In this document: positions 6,343-11,033 of the stretch, piece after piece | Position numbering within the stretch: position 1 is the first letter of the stretch | Layout of the letters: each line of letters starts with the position of its first letter | From: Pseudomonadota bacterium | GTDB lineage: Bacteria > Bdellovibrionota > FAC87 > UBA2466 | Length of the DNA: 11,033 nucleotides | Assembly: GCA_043767805.1 (NCBI GenBank) | Contig: JAYUGC010000129.1 | Span: 1 to 11,033 of the forward strand | Direction of reading: 5' to 3' | The notes under the pieces: model-generated | What the model saw: the letters and a program-made list of their open reading frames with translations, nothing else | What the model was told of the DNA's origin: nothing | Databases searched by the model: none | Translations under genes and position numbers: made by a program

Positions 6343-7774
6343 AGAGGTGGGCGTGGCGGAAGGGTTTGGCGACCACCATGTAAACAAAGCCCGCCGCGAT
6401 GACGATCACCGACGTGAAAATCATGCCGTAGTTTACGAACCAGGGATCGAGCGGCGCGCGAGGCCAAAGCATGTTCACGATGGCGCCGATCCCGTAAATC
6501 AGCGCGATGAGGTTGATGGGCCAGCCCCACTTACCGAGGGTGAACGAGCCCGCCGGCTTCCAGCCTTTCAAACGCGCGTACACCGCGCCGACGATGACCA
6601 TCTGAAACGCGATGTAGATACCGGCCGCCGCGAAGCTGATGATCGTATTCACCGCATCCTGGAGCCAGTGGCCGAGACTCGCGATGAGCGCCGGAAGCAC
6701 GCCCGTCACGATGAGCGCCACGACCGGCACGCGCGTCTTGGGAGAAAGCTCACTGAGCTTGTGGCTTCCAAAAATCATTTTGTCGCGCGCGAAGGCGAAC
6801 AAGAGGCGGCTCGCCGCCGCTTGCAGACTGAGAAGACACGACATGAAAGAGACCATCACCACCGCGATGACCACGCGAAAGCCAGTCATGCCCAAGGCGG
6901 CCTTCAGCGTCGTTCCCACCGGATCTTTGTCCGCGCCGGAAATGGCCGCGCCGAGATCGGGGATGGCGAGGAGCAGCGCGAGACAGACGAAGGTCGCGGC
7001 GCCGCCGCCGACGTAAATCGTCATGCGCATGGATTTCGGAATCGCGACGCCCGCGTTCGGCGTTTCCTCGGCAAGATCGCCGCACGCTTCAAAGCCGTAG
7101 TAACAAAACATCGCTGCAACGGAAGACGCGAGGAACGCCGGGAAATAACTGAAACCCTCCCCGAAGCTTCCCGTCTCGAACAGGACGCCGAGGGGCTGAT
7201 GCCTCGCTGCAATGAGCAGATACCCGCCCACCAAAATGGCGCCTACTAACTCACAAACGAAACCGAACATGGCCACGCGACCAAGAAGCTTCGTGCCACT
7301 GACGTTCAGTAAAGTCGTGACGAGGATCATCGCCACCGCCACCCAAATGCTAGTCGAGTTACTGAGCTCCATGCCTATCAGCTGAGATAAGAAGGGGGCC
7401 CCACCTACGGCTACCGCCGCGACTGTAGTAAAGAGCGCCCAACCGTAAATCCAGCCGGCCATCCAGGCCCACCGTTTGCCCACGAGCCGTAAGGACCAGG
7501 GGTAAAGACCGCCCGCGATGGGATACTGCGAGACCACTTCGCCAAAGATCAAACAAACCAGAAACTGCCCTAAACCTACCAGCAGGTAGTTCCAAAACAT
7601 CGGGGGCCCGCCGGCCTTCAGCGCCATCGCGAAGACCGAGTAAACCCCGACCACCGGCGAGAGGTACGTGAACCCCAAGGAGAAGTTCTCCCAGAAGCTC
7701 ATGGTGCGGTCGAAGTTGGAGGTATAGCCGAGGGCCTTTAATTGCTCGGCGTCTTTATCGTTTTGGTTGGTCAT
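6341..7774 (-). CDS. APC-superfamily amino acid/polyamine permease
   Basis: About 12 hydrophobic segments with motifs LGY....RTMSFWENFSLGF, YPIAGGLYPW, GFEACGDLAEET and SRLLFAFARD. ATG 7774 preferred over the TTG at 7816. Confidence 0.93.
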   Translation of the reverse strand: MTNQNDKDAEQLKALGYTSNFDRTMSFWENFSLGFTYLSPVVGVYSVFAMALKAGGPPMFWNYLLVGLGQFLVCLIFGEVVSQYPIAGGLYPWSLRLVGKRWAWMAGWIYGWALFTTVAAVAVGGAPFLSQLIGMELSNSTSIWVAVAMILVTTLLNVSGTKLLGRVAMFGFVCELVGAILVGGYLLIAARHQPLGVLFETGSFGEGFSYFPAFLASSVAAMFCYYGFEACGDLAEETPNAGVAIPKSMRMTIYVGGGAATFVCLALLLAIPDLGAAISGADKDPVGTTLKAALGMTGFRVVIAVVMVSFMSCLLSLQAAASRLLFAFARDKMIFGSHKLSELSPKTRVPVVALIVTGVLPALIASLGHWLQDAVNTIISFAAAGIYIAFQMVIVGAVYARLKGWKPAGSFTLGKWGWPINLIALIYGIGAIVNMLWPRAPLDPWFVNYGMIFTSVIVIAAGFVYMVVAKPFRHAHL

Positions 7775-7914
7775 TCCAATAGGATAAGCTGGGAAACCAA
7801 CTTTAAAAAGAGGCAACTGAGGGGGTGGCTTGTCCTGGCCATCGGATTCATGCTACTTCCGAGCGCTTCAAGCTGCGCCTGAGAGCGCAAAAATCAGGTT
7901 TAAGGAGTCTCTCT

Positions 7915-9384
7915 ATGCACGAGTACCGCATGTGGATCGGTGGAGAATGGGTTAGCGCAAAATCGGGCGCTACCCGCAAAATCATCGACCCGGGTAACGG
8001 CGAAACGGTCGCCGTAGTGGCCGAAGCCTCCCGAGACGACGTGAAGCTCGCCATCCTGGCCGCTCGCAAAGCGTTCGATCAAGGCGACTGGCGCAAACCT
8101 TCTTTCGCCCAAGAGCGCGGCAAAGCCCTCTTCCGCATCGGCGATCTCATTCGCGCGAACGCGAAAGCCCTGGCCGAGCTCGAAGTGAAAAACTGCGGTA
8201 AGCCGCTGGCCGAAGCCGAGTTCGACGTGGCCGACGCTGCGAACTGTTTCGAGTTCTACGGCGGCCTCGCCACGAAAATCCACGGCGAAACCATGTCGGT
8301 TCCCGCGAACTCACTGAGCTTCGTGCTCCGTGAGCCGGTCGGCGTGTGCGGGCAAATCATTCCCTGGAACTATCCGCTTCTCATGGCGGCCTGGAAACTT
8401 GGTCCTGCTTTGGCCGCGGGTAATACCTGCGTCCTGAAGCCCTCCGAGTTCACGCCCTGCACGGCGTTGGAGCTCGCCAAGCTCATCGAAAAAGCCGGGC
8501 TTCCGGTCGGCGTCGTCAATATCGTCACTGGCCCTGGCGCCGGCGCGGGCGAAGAGCTCGCCGATAGCATGCTAGTCAACAAAGTCGCCTTCACGGGCGG
8601 CACCGTCACCGGCCGCAAGATTCTACTCAGCTCCTCGGGCAATCTCAAAAAGGTCACCCTCGAGCTCGGCGGCAAGAACCCCAATATCGTATTCAATGAT
8701 GCGCATTTCGAAAGCGCGGTCGACGGCGCCCTCTTCGCGGCGTTCGCGAACCAAGGCGAAGTCTGCTCGGCCGGCTCGCGCCTACTCGTCGAGCGCTCTA
8801 TCCACGATAAACTCGTCGCCGCCATGGTCGCGAAAATCCCGCGCATCAAAGTCGGCCACGGCTTACAGCCCGGCGTGAAGATGGGACCGTTGGTCTCCGC
8901 CGCGCACCGGGAAAAAGTGGAAGCCTACATTAAGATCGGCATCGATGAAGGCGCGAAGCTCGCCTGCGGCGGCAAGCGCCCCCAGGGCGGCGCTTTCGAA
9001 AAGGGCAATTTCCTGGAGCCCACGATCTTCACGGGCGTCACGCCGAAAATGCGTATCGCGAAGGAAGAGATCTTCGGACCCGTGCTCTCCGTCATTGCGT
9101 TTGATACCGAAGCAGAAGCGATCCAAATCGCCAACGACAGCGAGTACGGCCTTGCGGCGGGCGTTTGGACACTCAACATCAACCGCGGCCTCCGCGTAGT
9201 GCGGGAACTTCGCGCCGGCATCACCTGGATCAACACCTATCACCCGACGTTCAACGAGCTCCCCTGGGGCGGTTACAAGCAGAGCGGTAACGGCCGCGAG
9301 CTCGGCCTCCACGGTATCGAGGCGTACCTCGAAACCAAGCAGGTGAACGTGAACCTCGATGAAGCTCCCCTAGGCTGGTACTAA
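7915..9384 (+). CDS. NAD(P)-dependent aldehyde dehydrogenase, betaine-aldehyde/aminoaldehyde dehydrogenase-like
   Basis: IIPWNYP, LKPSEFTP, FTGG, catalytic Glu in LELGGKNP, catalytic Cys in GEVCSAG, EEIFGPV and PWGGYKQSG. AAGGAG RBS before ATG 7915. The substrate is inferred. Confidence 0.95.
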   Translation: MHEYRMWIGGEWVSAKSGATRKIIDPGNGETVAVVAEASRDDVKLAILAARKAFDQGDWRKPSFAQERGKALFRIGDLIRANAKALAELEVKNCGKPLAEAEFDVADAANCFEFYGGLATKIHGETMSVPANSLSFVLREPVGVCGQIIPWNYPLLMAAWKLGPALAAGNTCVLKPSEFTPCTALELAKLIEKAGLPVGVVNIVTGPGAGAGEELADSMLVNKVAFTGGTVTGRKILLSSSGNLKKVTLELGGKNPNIVFNDAHFESAVDGALFAAFANQGEVCSAGSRLLVERSIHDKLVAAMVAKIPRIKVGHGLQPGVKMGPLVSAAHREKVEAYIKIGIDEGAKLACGGKRPQGGAFEKGNFLEPTIFTGVTPKMRIAKEEIFGPVLSVIAFDTEAEAIQIANDSEYGLAAGVWTLNINRGLRVVRELRAGITWINTYHPTFNELPWGGYKQSGNGRELGLHGIEAYLETKQVNVNLDEAPLGWY

Positions 9385-9385
9385 G

Positions 9386-10714
9386 ATGAGCATTCGATTG
9401 AAAACTCCGCTCCCGGGTCCCGAGAGCCGGCGCCTCATGGAAGAGCGCAGAAAACACGTCGCTCGTGGCCCCTTCCACACGACGCCCCTATTTGCGAAAT
9501 CCGCGAAGGGAGTTTTCATCGAAGACGTCGACGGCAATCGACTGCTCGATTTCGCTTCCGGCATCGGCGTGACCAACGTGGGTCATGCTCCCGCGCCCGT
9601 CATCAAAGCCATCCAAGCGCAGGCGGAACAGTTTCTGCACACGAGCTTCAACGTGGTCGCCTATGAGGCCTACGCGAAGGTCGCCGAGAAATTGAACGAA
9701 GCAGTTCCGGGCGGCTGGGAAAAGAAAACGTTTCTCGCCAATAGCGGCGCGGAAGCGGTCGAAAACGCCATTAAGATCGCGCGCGCTTTCACGAAGCGCC
9801 AATCCGTCGTTTGTTTCGAGCACGCCTATCATGGCCGCACCTACATGGCGATGGCGGCCACCGCGAAGACGAAGCCTTATAAGCTCGGCTTCGGCCCCTT
9901 CCCGTCCGAAGTCTACCGCGCGCCTTTCCCGTACGCGTACCGCTGGCCCACGACTTCCGACTCCGACAAAGTCTCGGAAGAGTGCTTCGCGCATTTCGTC
10001 GCCTTCATCGATAGTGAGGTGGGCGCTTCTACCGTGGCTTGCATCGTCATGGAACCTGTTCTCGGGGAAGGCGGCTTCGTGCCGTGTCCTCCTCTCTTTT
10101 TCCAAAAGCTGCGTCAGTACTGTACGCAAGCGGGCATTGTTCTCATCGCCGACGAAGTACAAACCGGTTTTGGCCGTACCGGAACAATGTTCGCGTGCGA
10201 GCAACTGGGCGCCGCGCCCGATCTTCTCGTGTCCGCGAAAGGCATCGCCGCGGGTCTTCCGCTTTCGGCGGTCACCGGACGCGCCGACATCATGGATGCG
10301 CCGAGCGAAGGCGGCATCGGCGGCACCTACTGCGGTAACCCGATTTCCTGCGCGGCATCTCTCGCCGTGTTCGAAATGTTTGCGGACGGAAACCTTCTTA
10401 AAAACGCTAGGGCCATCGGAGCGACCCTCGAAGCCCGCATGGCGAAATGGGCGGATTTTAACCCTTCGGTGGGCGACGTGCGCGGACTCGGCCCCATGCG
10501 CGCGGTGGAGTTCGTAAAGGATCGCAAAACGAAGGAGCCGAACCCGGCCCTCGCCCGCGATTTGATTCGTTTTGGTTACGAGCACGGCCTCGTTTTGATG
10601 AATGCGGGCACCTACGGAAACGTACTCCGCCTTCTGATTCCGCTCTGCGCGACGCCGGACGAAGTGAACGAGGGACTCGCCCTCATCGAAACTGGCTTAA
10701 AGACGCTGCGTTAA
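9386..10714 (+). CDS. gabT: 4-aminobutyrate--2-oxoglutarate transaminase (class III PLP aminotransferase)
   Basis: LDFASGIGVTNVGH, NSGAEAVENAIKIAR, YHGRT, YKLGFGPF, EPVLGEGGF, DEVQTGFGRTG, PLP lysine in SAKGIAAGLPLS, GGTYCGNP, GTYGNVLR. Starts 1 nt after the ALDH stop. Confidence 0.9.
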   Translation: MSIRLKTPLPGPESRRLMEERRKHVARGPFHTTPLFAKSAKGVFIEDVDGNRLLDFASGIGVTNVGHAPAPVIKAIQAQAEQFLHTSFNVVAYEAYAKVAEKLNEAVPGGWEKKTFLANSGAEAVENAIKIARAFTKRQSVVCFEHAYHGRTYMAMAATAKTKPYKLGFGPFPSEVYRAPFPYAYRWPTTSDSDKVSEECFAHFVAFIDSEVGASTVACIVMEPVLGEGGFVPCPPLFFQKLRQYCTQAGIVLIADEVQTGFGRTGTMFACEQLGAAPDLLVSAKGIAAGLPLSAVTGRADIMDAPSEGGIGGTYCGNPISCAASLAVFEMFADGNLLKNARAIGATLEARMAKWADFNPSVGDVRGLGPMRAVEFVKDRKTKEPNPALARDLIRFGYEHGLVLMNAGTYGNVLRLLIPLCATPDEVNEGLALIETGLKTLR

Positions 10715-10729
10715 CTTAACGCGATCGAT

Positions 10730-10757
10730 TAAAGCACCGCGTCCAATCTTCCGATAA
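10730..10757 (+). promoter_or_regulatory. Sigma-28 (FliA/SigD-type) promoter
   Basis: TAAA (10730-10733)-N16-TCCGATAA (10750-10757), against the consensus TAAA-N15/16-GCCGATAA, in the short intergenic gap before ATG 10772. Confidence 0.7.
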
Positions 10758-10771
10758 GTCTGCTGGAAGAC

Positions 10772-11033
10772 ATGGAAACGGTGAATCTCAATATTATGAT
10801 GGAATCTCTGGGACTTGTGTCCGGGGGTACCTTTGCCGTCTTGGCCGCGTTCCTTTTCGTGGCCTTTCCTATCTGGTGCGTCGTCGACTGCGCCCGCGAC
10901 CCTGAGCGCCCTGAGCGCGAACGGACCGGGTGGATAGCCGCCATCCTAACGGTGCCCGGATTTGGCCCTCTCGCCTACGGACTTTTCGCGACCGACTCCC
11001 GTCCGTTGAAAGCGGGCATGGGCGTGGCTCTCA
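10772..11033 (+). CDS. Membrane protein with a PLDc_N-like (phospholipase D-nuclease N-terminal) hairpin; partial, runs off the right edge
   Basis: Hand translation gives METVNLNIMMESLGLVSGGTFAVLAAFLFVAFPIWCVVDCARDPERPERERTGWIAAILTVPGFGPLAYGLFATDSRPLKAGMGVAL, with no stop. The W...D...W....L..P..G...Y pattern is typical of PLDc_N. The exact start Met is uncertain. Confidence 0.8.
   Translation, partial: METVNLNIMMESLGLVSGGTFAVLAAFLFVAFPIWCVVDCARDPERPERERTGWIAAILTVPGFGPLAYGLFATDSRPLKAGMGVAL

Noticed and set aside
6290..7249. 319-aa plus-strand ORF
   Set aside because: In-register antisense shadow of the GC3-rich permease, with His/Arg/Asp-biased composition and no RBS.
7826..7859. Possible sigma-54 or sigma-70 promoter between the permease and ALDH
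   Set aside because: No GG-N10-GC spacing, and TTGTCC-N18-TACTTC is too weak to call.
9488..10585. 365-aa minus-strand ORF and the other overlapping ORFs within ALDH/gabT
   Set aside because: Antisense or alternate-frame shadows of well-supported genes in high-GC DNA.
10901..10918. Tandem 9-bp repeat CCTGAGCGC x2 (PER-PER)
   Set aside because: An in-frame two-copy micro-duplication in a loop, with no evidence of function.
1..11033. CRISPR array, integron attC sites, IS ends, tRNA or rRNA
   Set aside because: No regularly spaced repeats, transposase, integrase or structural RNA signatures were seen. The hairpin before the intron is a terminator, not an attC site.

Overview
GC-rich bacterial window. 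Two TIGR02147/DUF4423-like regulators, orphan secreted proteins and a sigma-28-type promoter suggest, by inference only, a Bdellovibrionota-like lineage. From left to right: the 5' end of a group IIC intron (minus strand, 150->1) sitting directly after the intrinsic terminator of a secreted hypothetical gene; a single-domain rhodanese; an orphan minus-strand terminator preceded by an Hsp20-like remnant; two TIGR02147-like HTH genes, each next to a secreted protein carrying a GGxSxGG motif (one of these partners is split by a +1 frameshift); a membrane GGDEF diguanylate cyclase; an APC permease divergent from an aldehyde dehydrogenase-gabT operon (probably polyamine/GABA catabolism); and the start of a PLDc_N-like membrane protein behind a FliA-type promoter. 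All calls were made by eye, with no database searches.
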